From NCBI RefSeq assembly GCF_963678795.2, contig NZ_CAXXIR010000002.1, positions 356,861 to 420,860 of the forward strand: 64,000 nucleotides of DNA, given 5' to 3'. Origin of the DNA: an uncultured Methanoregula sp. Its GTDB lineage: Archaea > Halobacteriota > Methanomicrobia > Methanomicrobiales > Methanospirillaceae. Position 1 is the stretch's first letter. Every line of letters starts with the position of its first letter. Below the pieces are notes generated by a model. It saw only the letters and a list, made by a program, of their open reading frames with translations, ran no database searches and was not told the origin of the DNA. The position numbers were made by a program, and so were the translations under genes. Below, piece after piece: positions 9,090-19,134 of this stretch.

Positions 9090-10887
9090 AGATCTCCCCG
9101 TCTTCCCCGATTCCTTTTTTCTCAATGAGCGACAGGCCTTCGGATGCCGCCTTCTGGATGATCCTGTTGACCATCCCGACTACTCTCCGGGTTCCAAGCA
9201 GGGTGCGTAAATCCATCTCACTTGCTTTGCGGTGCGAGCGGAGGAACGCGACTACCTTCTGTTCCTGCCCGGAAAGGCCGAGCTGATCCGTAATTACCTG
9301 CGCAACCGAGATCTTTTGGACCCGCTCTTTTACCTGTACTGTCTGCATAACCGGACGATCGGCGACTGACTGCTCCTTGCATTCCCGGATCAGCCGGAGG
9401 TAATCCTCAAGCCGGACCGTACGGGAATGGTGGGGTATGACGTCCATCCCGCACAGGCAGCTGTACTTGCAGCCCGCATAGTCCGCCTCTTCCAGAGCAT
9501 TGGTTGCGATAATGAAAAAGGCAATGGATAGGAGCTCCAGCCCCTCCGAGTCGAGCATAGTCCGCCGTTCGGACAACTTCTTGATCAGCTGCTCCATGAG
9601 CCGCCGGAAACGGTACATCCTGTAGTGGTCATCCAGAATCACTGCTGCGATATGGATAAGGTCGGATCCTTTCCTGACATTGGAAAGGATATAGAGCATT
9701 ACCTTCTCGCACTCGCGCTCATCTCCGTGATCCGAGAGAAACCGGGCATAGGACGGGCCCCCTGCGAGGAAATCTGCCCGGTATGCCCGGTAATACCAGG
9801 AGCGGGCCTCATTATCCTGTTTCAGGTCGGCAAAAAAGCGTGCGGTTTCGAGAAGACTTGCGACATTGACATCTTTTGAGACATTATCAAGGAGTCGCTG
9901 CGTGGCCTCGTCAATAGGAAGGGTATTCACGAGAAACCTGCGGTACCGGCAGATGATGCGGGACAGTACGTCGGGATCGCTCCGGGCTGCCAGTTCGTCC
10001 CTGATAATGGCCTCGTACGCGGCAAGTGCGTCATCTTTCTTTCCGAGTTCTGCAAGAAGTTCGCATTCGAGCAGCCGGCCGGCGGGTCCGTGATCGCAGG
10101 AGAGCAGATTCCTGGTACGCGCAAGTGCTTCCTCGTACTGTTTCCCGGCTTTTAAGAGAAGGATGTAATCGCACAAAATCCCTGCATGAGGATGACCTGC
10201 GACACCTGCGACATAACCGGCATAGGCTTCGAGAGCTGCCGGCAGGTCATATCGTGCAAGGGCATCCAGGTACGTTCTCTGGATGTCGGGATTTCCGGTC
10301 TCGTGATACAGGCGGAGACCGGACTCGAATGCATCCCGGTAATCTCCCGTCAGGACCAGTGCGTCGAGGTATTCGTGCGACAATTCCGGATCATTATGGG
10401 CTGCGTGGATAGCAAGTGCTTCACCGGACTCCCCGGCTTCAATGAGTGCCCGCATCAGACTTTTCCTGTCGCTTGAGTTTTTGCCTGCCTGCAGAAGCCG
10501 GCGCAGGACCGGCAGCGCCCCACGGTAATCCCGGTGACCGATCAGGTACTCTGCATAACTCCGCAATGCGTCCTGGTTGCCTGGATCGAGATGGACTGCT
10601 GTTGCGTACTCGGCTATCGCCCCTTCATCCCCCCGGCCTTCGAGAACCTTTGCCAGATAACTGTGGACATAGGACGAGTCCGGCATCTTCCGGGCAAGAT
10701 CGCGGAAAAAGACTTCGGCATCCTCAAGCCTGCCGGTATTATAGAGATTTGTTGCAGCAAGGACTTCGATGGCAGAATCTTTTTCTGATTCTAAAAGTGC
10801 CGTGCAGAGGAGAAGTGATTCCTGGTACTTCCCGTCCTCGAAAAGCCGGAACGCCTCTCTCTTTTTGTCCTCGGGAAATTCAGTCAT
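9070..10887 (-). CDS. TPR-repeat protein with C-terminal winged-helix-like domain
   Basis: N-terminal ~300 aa are TPR-like helical repeats. The C-terminal 'QEQKVVAFLRSHRKASEMDLRTLLGTRRVVGMVNRIIQKA' looks like a wHTH. The likely true start is the ATG at 10887, which forms an ATGA overlap with the GT2 stop. The 31-aa extension in the track overlaps GT2. Confidence 0.7.
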   Translation of the reverse strand: MTEFPEDKKREAFRLFEDGKYQESLLLCTALLESEKDSAIEVLAATNLYNTGRLEDAEVFFRDLARKMPDSSYVHSYLAKVLEGRGDEGAIAEYATAVHLDPGNQDALRSYAEYLIGHRDYRGALPVLRRLLQAGKNSSDRKSLMRALIEAGESGEALAIHAAHNDPELSHEYLDALVLTGDYRDAFESGLRLYHETGNPDIQRTYLDALARYDLPAALEAYAGYVAGVAGHPHAGILCDYILLLKAGKQYEEALARTRNLLSCDHGPAGRLLECELLAELGKKDDALAAYEAIIRDELAARSDPDVLSRIICRYRRFLVNTLPIDEATQRLLDNVSKDVNVASLLETARFFADLKQDNEARSWYYRAYRADFLAGGPSYARFLSDHGDERECEKVMLYILSNVRKGSDLIHIAAVILDDHYRMYRFRRLMEQLIKKLSERRTMLDSEGLELLSIAFFIIATNALEEADYAGCKYSCLCGMDVIPHHSRTVRLEDYLRLIRECKEQSVADRPVMQTVQVKERVQKISVAQVITDQLGLSGQEQKVVAFLRSHRKASEMDLRTLLGTRRVVGMVNRIIQKAASEGLSLIEKKGIGEDGEIYEYTGT

Positions 10888-11591
10888 TGTCGGTCTGGAC
10901 CAAAGCGGATGGCAAACAGGCCAAGGAGCATCCGGATCATGTCCCGTTTCTGGACCCGGGAGTCTCCCTTGTTCTGCCATTCGATCGGGACTTCAGTGAT
11001 CGTGCAGCCTGCCTTCCTGATCCTCCAGAGAAGCTCGACATCGAATTCGAATCCCCGGGATACCATCCTGGGTAACAGGGTCTCGATCGCCTGCCGTCTG
11101 AAGACTTTTGCCCCGCACTGCGTGTCGTGAAATGAGAGGCCGAAGAGGAGCCGGATAAGCAGGTTGAAGACCCGGCTCTCGATGCGCCGCAGGAACCCCT
11201 GCCTGACCACGAGGTTTGATCCCGGCACCCAGCGTGAACCGATCGCGGCATCGGAAGAATCGAGCATGGCAAAGAGGCGCAGCATCTCGCCGACACTTGT
11301 GGAACCGTCGGCATCGAAATATCCGACACGGGGTGCCCGGGAAGCGGCAAGACCGGCAAGGACGCCCCCGCCTTTACCCAGCCTCTCCTGGAATCGGAGG
11401 CAGCGGATGTTCAGGTCACTCCTTCTCGCAGTAATGGTGCCGACTACGTCAGCCGTGCGGTCCGTCCCGTCACAGACAACGATAAGTTCCCCGTCAAACC
11501 CGGATATGGCATCGAAGAGCTGGGTAATCCTCTTCTCCTCGTTGTATGCGGGTATAATGAGGCTGTAATGTTCCTCGGGTGAAGCGGTCAT
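10884..11591 (-). CDS. family-2 glycosyltransferase (dolichyl-phosphate hexosyltransferase-like)
   Basis: 'LIIPAYNEEKRI', 'VVCDGTDRT' and 'FDADGS' (the DxD region) are GT2 hallmarks. Confidence 0.85.
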   Translation of the reverse strand: MTASPEEHYSLIIPAYNEEKRITQLFDAISGFDGELIVVCDGTDRTADVVGTITARRSDLNIRCLRFQERLGKGGGVLAGLAASRAPRVGYFDADGSTSVGEMLRLFAMLDSSDAAIGSRWVPGSNLVVRQGFLRRIESRVFNLLIRLLFGLSFHDTQCGAKVFRRQAIETLLPRMVSRGFEFDVELLWRIRKAGCTITEVPIEWQNKGDSRVQKRDMIRMLLGLFAIRFGPDRQ

Positions 11592-11729
11592 GGTGGGTTT
11601 TTTTCCGGGTGACGGGATGCCTGCAGGTCAGGTACGGCAGACCCGGTCCAGCGCCCGGAATCATTTCCCCGGGTCCTGAATGTGGGCAGCACCCTTTCCA
11701 GTACATTTCGCCTGAATCGCACAATAACG

Positions 11730-11960
11730 TTACTGGTGCTGCCCGAGATGTCTGGCCAGCACGCTGCCGGGACGGTACTTTTCTGCCATGGCAAGTGCGG
11801 TCTTCCGGAGCTCGTGGTGTTCGGCAAGGCAGCTTGCCGGGGGTGCCGATTTCCGGAGGATGGATGAAGTATTCTCCGTTATCTGGATGAGTTCAGTTGC
11901 GATGACGGCATTGAGCCAGACGAGGTCGGCAAGCATCTCTTTTGTTTCCTGGTCCTGCAT
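11730..11960 (-). CDS. small helical hypothetical protein (~76 aa)
   Basis: The ORF begins at the internal ATG 'MQDQETKEMLADLVWLNAV'. It is the only sizeable ORF in a 470-bp gap. No family recognised. Confidence 0.3.
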   Translation of the reverse strand: MQDQETKEMLADLVWLNAVIATELIQITENTSSILRKSAPPASCLAEHHELRKTALAMAEKYRPGSVLARHLGQHQ

Positions 11961-12065
11961 GGTGATAGGTCGCCTGTTTTGGGATATTAAGTGTGGGGAG
12001 GTTACATGATGATGCGTTTTTTTTAGAAGAGAAGGATTAATCTGGGATGATTCCAACGTAATGGC

Positions 12066-12551
12066 ATGAAACTGGTGCTCATTCCTGTCGCGGTGATGAT
12101 ACTATGCATACTGGTGTGCGGCTGTACCTCAGGTCCTGCAAATGTGCCTTCCCCCGCCCCTGCAAGCCCGTCAACCCCTGCTGCAATGCCGGCATCATCT
12201 CCTGCAAAAACGTACTCTGCCACACCCGGGCCCGTTCAGACCGTTCCGGAGTATGAATCCGTGAGCGTTTCGGTGAACCGGAATGTCGTTTCAACGGATC
12301 CTACCATCACGGTCATCTATGATGGCGGGAAGGGCCTTGGCATGACCACCCGGATGGATGTAACCGTCATCCGGTCGGATGGGGTGGTTGAGACCCAGTC
12401 ACGGGACAATCCCCAGATGGGAACAAGTATCACGCTCATGGGCACGACCGGCAATGATCGCGTCACGGTCTCCGTCACCATGACATCCGGCAACCAGTAC
12501 ACTATAATCGACAAATACTATCCGTTCCCGGGCAGCATGGTACCCTCGTGA
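12066..12551 (+). CDS. putative lipoprotein / secreted protein
   Basis: Signal peptide with lipobox-like 'LVCGCTSG', a Pro/Ala/Ser-rich linker, and a beta-rich C-terminal domain. Confidence 0.55.
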   Translation: MKLVLIPVAVMILCILVCGCTSGPANVPSPAPASPSTPAAMPASSPAKTYSATPGPVQTVPEYESVSVSVNRNVVSTDPTITVIYDGGKGLGMTTRMDVTVIRSDGVVETQSRDNPQMGTSITLMGTTGNDRVTVSVTMTSGNQYTIIDKYYPFPGSMVPS

Positions 12552-12602
12552 GGAAAAACAACAATCTTAATCCCCTCTGTCCCGAAAACTCATCCGGGTA
12601 TT

Positions 12603-13019
12603 ATGAGTTATCTGGATAATATCAGAAAAGACGGTAAGTACGCCAATCCATTTTTTTGTCTCATGGGAATCGACCTGGTAGAATCCGGGCCGGGTAAAGC
12701 AGTCCTGAAGATGCAGGTCCGGCCGGACATGCTCAACGGGGTCGGATGGCTCCAGGGCGGGATCCTCGTTGCCCTTGCCGATGAGGCAATGGCGCTTGCC
12801 CTCTACCCGATGCTCTCCAATGGCGAGGGAATTGCAACAATTTCGGAGTCCACGAGTTTTGTCAAGGGAACCCGGGAAGGTATCATCTTTGCGGAGGGAA
12901 CCGTTCTCAAAAAAGGGCGCCGCGTGGCCTTTGCGGAAGGGGAAGTCTGGATGGAGAATGGAAAAAAAGTCCTGCTCTCCCGCACGACCGCTGCATTCGC
13001 GGTCACTCTCACCCCCTGA
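12603..13019 (+). CDS. PaaI-family hotdog-fold thioesterase
   Basis: 138 aa. 'NPFFCLMGIDLVESGPGKAVLKM...GGILVALADEAMALA' matches the PaaI/YbdB pattern. Confidence 0.8.
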   Translation: MSYLDNIRKDGKYANPFFCLMGIDLVESGPGKAVLKMQVRPDMLNGVGWLQGGILVALADEAMALALYPMLSNGEGIATISESTSFVKGTREGIIFAEGTVLKKGRRVAFAEGEVWMENGKKVLLSRTTAAFAVTLTP

Positions 13020-13026
13020 AAAAAAA
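13019..13026 (-). terminator. T8 tract immediately after the stop of the TPR gene (minus strand)
   Basis: An A8 run on the plus strand (T8 on the minus strand) lies directly downstream of the TAA stop at 13029-13027, between the convergent genes. Confidence 0.4.
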
Positions 13027-13746
13027 TTACTCTTTCTTTGATTTCCTGTCCTTTTTACCGGATGTGGCTTTGCTGTCAGCAGGCTTCCGGAACTTGACAT
13101 ACCAGATTACCAGCCCGAGAGCAATGATGACGATGACTGCAAGCACGATATTGGTCTTCATGGCAGCGCTCTGCGCTTCAGTAAGACCGGCGGTTGCAGC
13201 CGAGTTACCCGGATCAAGTTCAAGGGCTTTGTTGAAGGCTGTAATGGCATCATAGGGCTTTCCTGCTGCGTTCAGGGCAATACCCATGTTGATATACCCC
13301 TTGGGATAGCTGGTATTGCTAGCTTCAGCAATGCTGATTGCCATTTTATAAGCACTGACGGCATCGTCATATTTACCCAGCTTGTAGAGTGCATAACCCT
13401 TGTTGTTCCAGAGGCCGGGGGCTTTCTTGAACAATGCAAGTCCCTGGTCTGCGGTTGTTACCGCATCTTCGTAACGCCCGAGATCGGTGAGCGCCGCTGA
13501 CTTGTCATTGTAGATGTACTGGAGCGTGTCAGACTTGGCGACGAGTGATGTATTCGAGGTGAGGGCCAGGTTAAATAATTCAACGGCTGCATCGAATTGT
13601 CCTGAAGATGCGGCCATGGATCCCCGGTTATAATAGGCGGAAGCCGCGCTGCCATTATCAAACTCTGTATCAGCCAGCACCGGCTGTACGACGCAGGCAA
13701 TCATTACAAGAATTGCCAGGACGGAAAGGATACGTCCGAATTTCAT
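13027..13746 (-). CDS. secreted TPR-repeat protein with C-terminal TM anchor
   Basis: Signal peptide 'ILSVLAILVMIACVVQPVLA', about 4 TPR units ('YYNRG..', 'YNDKSAAL..', 'WNNKGYALYKLGKYDDA'), a C-terminal TM helix and a Lys-rich tail. Confidence 0.75.
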   Translation of the reverse strand: MKFGRILSVLAILVMIACVVQPVLADTEFDNGSAASAYYNRGSMAASSGQFDAAVELFNLALTSNTSLVAKSDTLQYIYNDKSAALTDLGRYEDAVTTADQGLALFKKAPGLWNNKGYALYKLGKYDDAVSAYKMAISIAEASNTSYPKGYINMGIALNAAGKPYDAITAFNKALELDPGNSAATAGLTEAQSAAMKTNIVLAVIVIIALGLVIWYVKFRKPADSKATSGKKDRKSKKE

Positions 13747-13890
13747 AAGGTACAGATCTGGTGTTGTCCCAGATTAAGGTTACTTCATGCCGGCTTACAA
13801 CGGGAGTCTATCATTTGGTATCTTTCACGCCGGTAAGATAACACTATTAGGGATTGTGAGTAAAATATACAGCAATCGGGGAGATCTCAC

Positions 13891-15471
13891 GTGAAGTACA
13901 TCATTATTACCGGCGGTGTGATGAGCGGACTGGGCAAAGGGATCACGGCTGCGTCTGTGGGCCGTATCCTGAAAAACCGGGGATACCGGGTGACCGCTGT
14001 CAAGATCGACCCCTACCTGAATATCGATGCCGGGACCATGAACCCGGCCCAGCACGGGGAGGTATTTGTATTAAAGGACGGGAGTGAAGTGGATCTCGAC
14101 CTCGGGAACTACGAGCGTTTCCTGGATATCGAGCTCACGGCGTCCCATAACATTACCACCGGAAAAGTGTACCGCACGGTCATCGAAAAAGAACGCCGCG
14201 GCGATTTTCTCGGAGAGACAGTCCAGATCATCCCCCATATCACCGACCAGATCAAGAAATGTATCCAGCAGGCGGCAGAAGAAGAGTTCCCAGATGGGAC
14301 AAAGGCCGATATCTGCCTCGTCGAAGTGGGAGGCACGGTTGGTGATATCGAGAGCATGCCGTTCCTCGAAGCTGTCCGCCAGATGCACGGGGAACTTCCA
14401 CCTCACGATTTTGTCCTGATTCATGTCACCCTTATTCCCGAGGACACGATGGGAGACTTCAAGACGAAGCCCACCCAGCACTCAGTCAAGGCCCTGCGGG
14501 AACTGGGTCTCCATGCAGATATCATCGTGGGCAGGAGCGAGAGCCCGATCGGAGCCAACACCAAGCGCAAGATCTCGGCGTTCTGCGATCTTCCGCAGAA
14601 CGCAGTCATCTCGGCCGCAACCGCCCCGGATACCTATGCAGTTCCCATGGAGATGGAAAAAGAGGGCATTGCCGATGTGCTCTCCGCACATCTCGGACTG
14701 GATAAAAATGAGGTTGATACCTCGTGGTACAGGATCGTCAACAAGGAGTACACAAACCGGGTAACCGTCGCGATTGTGAGCAAGTATGGTATTGAGGACG
14801 TATATATCAGCATCAAGGAATCCCTCAAGCATGCCGGGCGGGCACTTTCCACTGAGGTGAAAATTGCCTGGCTTGATGCCGAGCGGTACGAGCGGTGCCA
14901 TCTCAAGGACTATGACGGCATCCTGATTCCCGGCGGCTTTGGCAAGCGGGGTATCGAAGGTAAGATCGAGGCGATCAAATTCGCCCGCGAGAACAAGGTT
15001 CCTTTCCTTGGTCTCTGCCTCGGGTTCCAGCTGGCAACGGTCGAGTACGCCCGGAACAAGGCCGGGATAGCTGACGCAACAAGCGAGGAGTTCGGCGAGG
15101 GCTCGCACGTAATTGCCATCCTGCCCGAGCAGGAAGGAGTCAACGAGCTGGGAGGAACAATGCGCCTTGGTAACTACACTGCGGACATGCGCCCGGGATC
15201 GCTCGCGCACAAACTTTATGGTGAGAACCAGGTAACCGAACGCCACCGCCACCGGTACGAAGTGAACCCGGAATACATCAGGACCCTGGAGAACGCAGGA
15301 ATGGTCTTCTCGGCAACGAACCGGAACCGGATGGAGTGCCTCGAACTCCCCGATCATCCGTTCTTCTTTGCAACCCAGTTTCACCCGGAGTTCAAGTCCC
15401 GGCCAACCCGCCCGTCCCCGCCATACCTGGGTTTTGTCGAGGCATGCCGGGCCAACAAGCGGACAAAATAA
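13891..15471 (+). CDS. pyrG: CTP synthase
   Basis: GTG start preceded by 'GGGGAG'. Conserved N-terminus '[16 protein letters not shown]', GATase domain 'GLCLGFQ' and 'HRHRYEVN'. Confidence 0.95.
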   Translation: MKYIIITGGVMSGLGKGITAASVGRILKNRGYRVTAVKIDPYLNIDAGTMNPAQHGEVFVLKDGSEVDLDLGNYERFLDIELTASHNITTGKVYRTVIEKERRGDFLGETVQIIPHITDQIKKCIQQAAEEEFPDGTKADICLVEVGGTVGDIESMPFLEAVRQMHGELPPHDFVLIHVTLIPEDTMGDFKTKPTQHSVKALRELGLHADIIVGRSESPIGANTKRKISAFCDLPQNAVISAATAPDTYAVPMEMEKEGIADVLSAHLGLDKNEVDTSWYRIVNKEYTNRVTVAIVSKYGIEDVYISIKESLKHAGRALSTEVKIAWLDAERYERCHLKDYDGILIPGGFGKRGIEGKIEAIKFARENKVPFLGLCLGFQLATVEYARNKAGIADATSEEFGEGSHVIAILPEQEGVNELGGTMRLGNYTADMRPGSLAHKLYGENQVTERHRHRYEVNPEYIRTLENAGMVFSATNRNRMECLELPDHPFFFATQFHPEFKSRPTRPSPPYLGFVEACRANKRTK

Positions 15472-15485
15472 CAAGGAGTATCCAC

Positions 15486-16403
15486 ATGGTCAATTGCGAG
15501 AAATTCATCCCGAAATCAATAGCTGAGATAAAGGCTGCTGCCGGGAACGAGAAGGTTGTCATGGCTCTGTCTGGCGGTGTCGACAGCTCTGTCTGCGCTG
15601 CCCTTGCAGCCCGTGCCATTGGCGACAACCTGATCCCGATTTATATCGATACCGGCCTGATGCGGAAAGGAGAGACCGAGCGCATCCGTACAATATTTGG
15701 CAACATCCATCTCCAGATCGTTGATGCCGGGGACGAGTTCATTGATGCCCTTAAGGGGATTACGGATCCCGAAGCCAAGCGCAAGGCGATTGGAGAGCGG
15801 TTCATCCGTGTCTTCGAGCGCGAGGCAAGGAAGCAGGGGGCCAGGTGTCTCCTCCAGGGGACCATCTATCCCGACCGGATCGAGAGCGAGGGCGGCATAA
15901 AAAGCCACCACAATGTCGGCGGTATGCCGCTCCATATGGAGTTTACGAAAGTCATCGAGCCGATCCGCGATCTCTACAAGGATGAAGTCCGGGATGTTGC
16001 AGGCGCGCTCGCGCTCCCGAAGGAGATCCAGCACCGGATGCCGTTTCCCGGGCCCGGGCTCGCCGTGCGTGTCCTCGGTGAAGTAACCCGGGAGAAAGTC
16101 GCGGTCATCAGGGAAGCGAACTGGATTGTTGAGGATGAGCTTGTTGAAAAGTACAGCCCCTGGCAATGCTTTGCAGCGCTCGTCGGTCTGGGCACCGGTG
16201 TCAAGGGAGACAACCGTATCCATGGTTGGATTGTCGCGATCAGGGCAGTGAACTCCCGGGACGGGATGACTGCCGACCCGATCAACATTCCCTTTGACCA
16301 CCTGACAAGAATCGGGTCGAGAATTACTGCAGACATCCCGAGCGTTGCCCGTGTCGTCTACGACATCACGGCAAAACCCCCGGCAACCATCGAATACGAA
16401 TAA
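15486..16403 (+). CDS. guaA: GMP synthase (glutamine-hydrolysing) subunit B (ATP pyrophosphatase)
   Basis: PP-loop '[10 protein letters not shown]', '[11 protein letters not shown]' and C-terminal 'KPPATIEYE'. The start is taken at ATG 15486 because the upstream part of the ORF overlaps pyrG. Confidence 0.92.
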   Translation: MVNCEKFIPKSIAEIKAAAGNEKVVMALSGGVDSSVCAALAARAIGDNLIPIYIDTGLMRKGETERIRTIFGNIHLQIVDAGDEFIDALKGITDPEAKRKAIGERFIRVFEREARKQGARCLLQGTIYPDRIESEGGIKSHHNVGGMPLHMEFTKVIEPIRDLYKDEVRDVAGALALPKEIQHRMPFPGPGLAVRVLGEVTREKVAVIREANWIVEDELVEKYSPWQCFAALVGLGTGVKGDNRIHGWIVAIRAVNSRDGMTADPINIPFDHLTRIGSRITADIPSVARVVYDITAKPPATIEYE

Positions 16404-16449
16404 TAAAGGACAACCAACCCCAAATCAATTAAACGACATCGTGATTGGA

Positions 16450-17592
16450 ATGGAAACTACCAGCCAGTTCAAGGCGCTCGACGAGCGCTACTACATGCCC
16501 GCTTTCTCCCGTGAGATAGCGATCGTAAAAGGCGAAGGATCGAAAGTCTGGGATGCAGACGGGAAGGAATACATTGACTGCGTGGCAGGTATCGCCGTCT
16601 GCAGCACCGGCCACTGCCACCCGGCCGTGGTGAAGGCGATCTGCGACCAGGCACACCAGCTCATCCACTGCTCGAACCTGTATTACGTGCCCCACCAGGG
16701 AGAGATTGCAAAGAAACTCGTGGAAGTGACCGGCATGCACAAGGCCTTCTTCTCGAATTCCGGTGCCGAGGCAACGGATGGGGCACTCAAGCTCGCCCGG
16801 GTCAGGACCGGGAAGAAGAAGTTTGTTGCGTTCACGCACGGGTTCCACGGGCGTACCGTCGGGTCCCTTGCAGTGACCCACAAGCCGGCGATCCGGGAAC
16901 CGTTCGAACCGCTGGGAATGGTCAAGACTTTTGTCGAATATGGTGATGTCGAAGGCCTGAAAAAAGTTGTCGACAATGATACTGCGGGTATCATCGTTGA
17001 ACCGATCCAGGGAGAAGCGGGGGTTATCATCCCCCCGGACAGTTTCCTTGAAGGGATTCGCGAGGTATGCGATAAGACCGGCGCGGTCATGATCGTTGAC
17101 GAAGTCCAGACCGGTATGGGACGGACCGGGAAGTGGCTGGCCATGCAGCACACGAAAGTGCAGCCAGATATTGTCACCCTTGCAAAAGGGATAGCGAGCG
17201 GGTTTCCCATGGGGGCGCTTGTTGCCCGCGAGGGACTGGAGTTCAAGAAGAGCGAGCATGGCAGCACGTTTGCCGGTGGCCCGCTTGCCTGTGCGGCAGC
17301 CCTTGCAACTACCGGCGTGATCGAGAAGATCCTCCCTGACGTGTCCCGCAAGGGAGAGCGTTTCGCCCGGGGTCTGATGAAGTATCACCCCCGCGTGCGG
17401 GGACTGATGATCGGGATTACCGTGGGAGACAAATGCCCGGATATCCAGAAGAAGTGTGCAGAACAGGGTATCCTTGTCAACTGCGCAGCGGATGGCAACC
17501 TCCGGCTGGTCCCACCGCTGACAATTACCGATGCCGAGATTGACCGCGTAGTCAGGGTTATTGATGGAGCACTTGGTCCGGTCATGTTATAA
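16450..17592 (+). CDS. argD: class-III aminotransferase, acetylornithine aminotransferase-like
   Basis: 'GIAVCSTGHCHP', 'FSNSGAEATDGALKLAR', 'DEVQTGMGRTG' and the PLP-lysine context 'DIVTLAKGIASG'. Confidence 0.88.
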   Translation: METTSQFKALDERYYMPAFSREIAIVKGEGSKVWDADGKEYIDCVAGIAVCSTGHCHPAVVKAICDQAHQLIHCSNLYYVPHQGEIAKKLVEVTGMHKAFFSNSGAEATDGALKLARVRTGKKKFVAFTHGFHGRTVGSLAVTHKPAIREPFEPLGMVKTFVEYGDVEGLKKVVDNDTAGIIVEPIQGEAGVIIPPDSFLEGIREVCDKTGAVMIVDEVQTGMGRTGKWLAMQHTKVQPDIVTLAKGIASGFPMGALVAREGLEFKKSEHGSTFAGGPLACAAALATTGVIEKILPDVSRKGERFARGLMKYHPRVRGLMIGITVGDKCPDIQKKCAEQGILVNCAADGNLRLVPPLTITDAEIDRVVRVIDGALGPVML

Positions 17593-18622
17593 AAAGAAGA
17601 GCGGCTACGTCTTTGCCAGGAAGGCTGAAGATATCGCCCGTGAGTACGGTATCGACCGGATAGCCCGGCTCGCGAGCAACGAGAACCCTGAACCCCTCTC
17701 GCCGGCCGCACTCGAAGCGGCAGAAACCGCCCTGAAGAGTGTAAACCGGTATCCTGACGAGAAAGTGAACGTCCTGATGAATGCCCTGCGGGCACATTAC
17801 GGGGACTACCACTTCGTGACCGGTGTCGGGATGGACGGCGTGATCGAGACGATCATCCGGACACTCGTGGAACCGGGAGAGCAGGTTGCGATTTCCACGC
17901 CCACCTTCTCCTTCTATGCGCTTGCAGCGATGGGGCAGGGCGCCGGTCTTGTCACCATTCCCCGTGAACCGGACTTTTCCGTTGACACAAAGAAACTGGT
18001 CAAAGCCGCGAAGACCGCCAAGGTCACGATACTCTGTTCGCCGAACAATCCCACGGGGAACGCAACCCCAATCGATGCGGTCGTGGAGATCCTTGAAGGG
18101 ATCGAAGGACTCCTCTTCCTTGACAATGCCTATGTTGAATTCTCGGGCATCGATTACCTCCCGCTCATGAAGAAACATGAGAACCTGGTTCTCGGGCGGA
18201 CGTTTTCGAAGGTCTACTCCCTTGCCGGGCTCCGGATCGGGTATGCGTTTACCCCCCGGTGGCTGCCCCCGTGGTACCAGCGATCAGGTACTCCTTTCAC
18301 GGTCAATGCGGTTTCGATGGCCGCTGCGGCCGCGGCACTTCCCGATACGGCTCACGCGGAGCGGTACATAGCGCAGGTGAAACGGTGGCGGAAACGCTTT
18401 GCTGCTGATGTAAAATTCCCGGTCCTGCCTTCCGATGCCAATTTCGTGATGGTGGATGTTACGCCTCATACCAGCGACGAGATGGTCGAGGAACTTGCCC
18501 GGCACGGGGTTGTTGTCCGTTCCTGCCGGAGTTTCTCCGGTCTTCCTGATCATTTCATCCGGGTCAGTGTCGGTGAAGACTGGGAGAACGAGCTCTTTGT
18601 GAAGGTGATAAACTCCTTATGA
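17564..18622 (+). CDS. hisC: histidinol-phosphate aminotransferase
   Basis: 'LASNENP', 'YPD', 'NPNNPTGN' and 'RTFSKVYSLAGLRIGY'. It overlaps the argD 3' end. The track start is a TTG, so the next ATG is used. Confidence 0.88.
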   Translation: MEHLVRSCYKKKSGYVFARKAEDIAREYGIDRIARLASNENPEPLSPAALEAAETALKSVNRYPDEKVNVLMNALRAHYGDYHFVTGVGMDGVIETIIRTLVEPGEQVAISTPTFSFYALAAMGQGAGLVTIPREPDFSVDTKKLVKAAKTAKVTILCSPNNPTGNATPIDAVVEILEGIEGLLFLDNAYVEFSGIDYLPLMKKHENLVLGRTFSKVYSLAGLRIGYAFTPRWLPPWYQRSGTPFTVNAVSMAAAAAALPDTAHAERYIAQVKRWRKRFAADVKFPVLPSDANFVMVDVTPHTSDEMVEELARHGVVVRSCRSFSGLPDHFIRVSVGEDWENELFVKVINSL

Positions 18623-19134
18623 TGTGCGGTATCACCGGCACGCCCGGCACCGGTAAATCAATGATTGGCGACGAGCTGGTACGCCGGGGACACCGGGTAG
18701 TTCACATCACCGACACGGTCGGGCCGTATGTTATTGGCGATGATGAGGAGCGCAATGCTCAGGTGATTGACGTGGACAAGTGGGCGGAAGAATTCAAACC
18801 TGTGGAGGGTTTTGTCGAGGGGCACTTCGCCCACCTGCTCCCCACCTGCGATCGCATTGTTGTCCTGCGTTGCCGCCCGGACGAGCTGAAGGCCCGTCTC
18901 GCCCGGCGTAAATACCGCCCGGCCAAGATCCGGGAGAATGCAGAAGCCGAGGCTCTGGACTCCTGTCTCATCGAAACCGTCGAGGATCACGATCCCTCGC
19001 ATATCTTCGAACTGGATACGACCGGTCGCGATGCCCCTTACTGCGCAGATCGGATCGAACAGTTCATTCGGGGAGATATCCCGGCGGATTTCGGTCACAT
19101 CGACTGGTCGGGATACCTGGAGATCCAGCCATGA
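18619..19134 (+). CDS. AK6/Fap7-type putative adenylate kinase
   Basis: 171 aa with P-loop 'ITGTPGTGKS'. ATGA overlaps at both ends. Confidence 0.75.
   Translation: MMCGITGTPGTGKSMIGDELVRRGHRVVHITDTVGPYVIGDDEERNAQVIDVDKWAEEFKPVEGFVEGHFAHLLPTCDRIVVLRCRPDELKARLARRKYRPAKIRENAEAEALDSCLIETVEDHDPSHIFELDTTGRDAPYCADRIEQFIRGDIPADFGHIDWSGYLEIQP

Noticed and set aside
10888-10980. The N-terminal 31-aa extension of the TPR protein in the ORF track. Similar long upstream extensions appear for 15336-16403, 16345-17592, 30078-31112, 46212-46784, 60055-61134 and 62304-63047.
   Set aside because: The extensions overlap the preceding conserved gene or lack homology-like sequence. Internal ATGs coincide with conserved N-termini, SD-like sequences or ATGA/TGATG coupling.
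11041-11060. A 'ttcgaatcc' T-loop-like motif suggesting a tRNA.
   Set aside because: It lies inside the GT2 coding sequence. No acceptor, D or anticodon stems could be drawn around it. No other tRNA-like T-loop was found in the intergenic regions.
14482-15474. A 330-aa ORF antisense to pyrG. Similar long antisense ORFs occur at 16429-17388, 29027-30343, 32668-33483, 35199-36266, 42259-43257, 48863-50008 and 61333-62301.
   Set aside because: Each lies entirely opposite a confidently identified conserved enzyme gene. Their translations are Arg/Gly/Pro-rich and low in information, with no recognisable motifs. These are typical shadow ORFs of GC-rich coding DNA.
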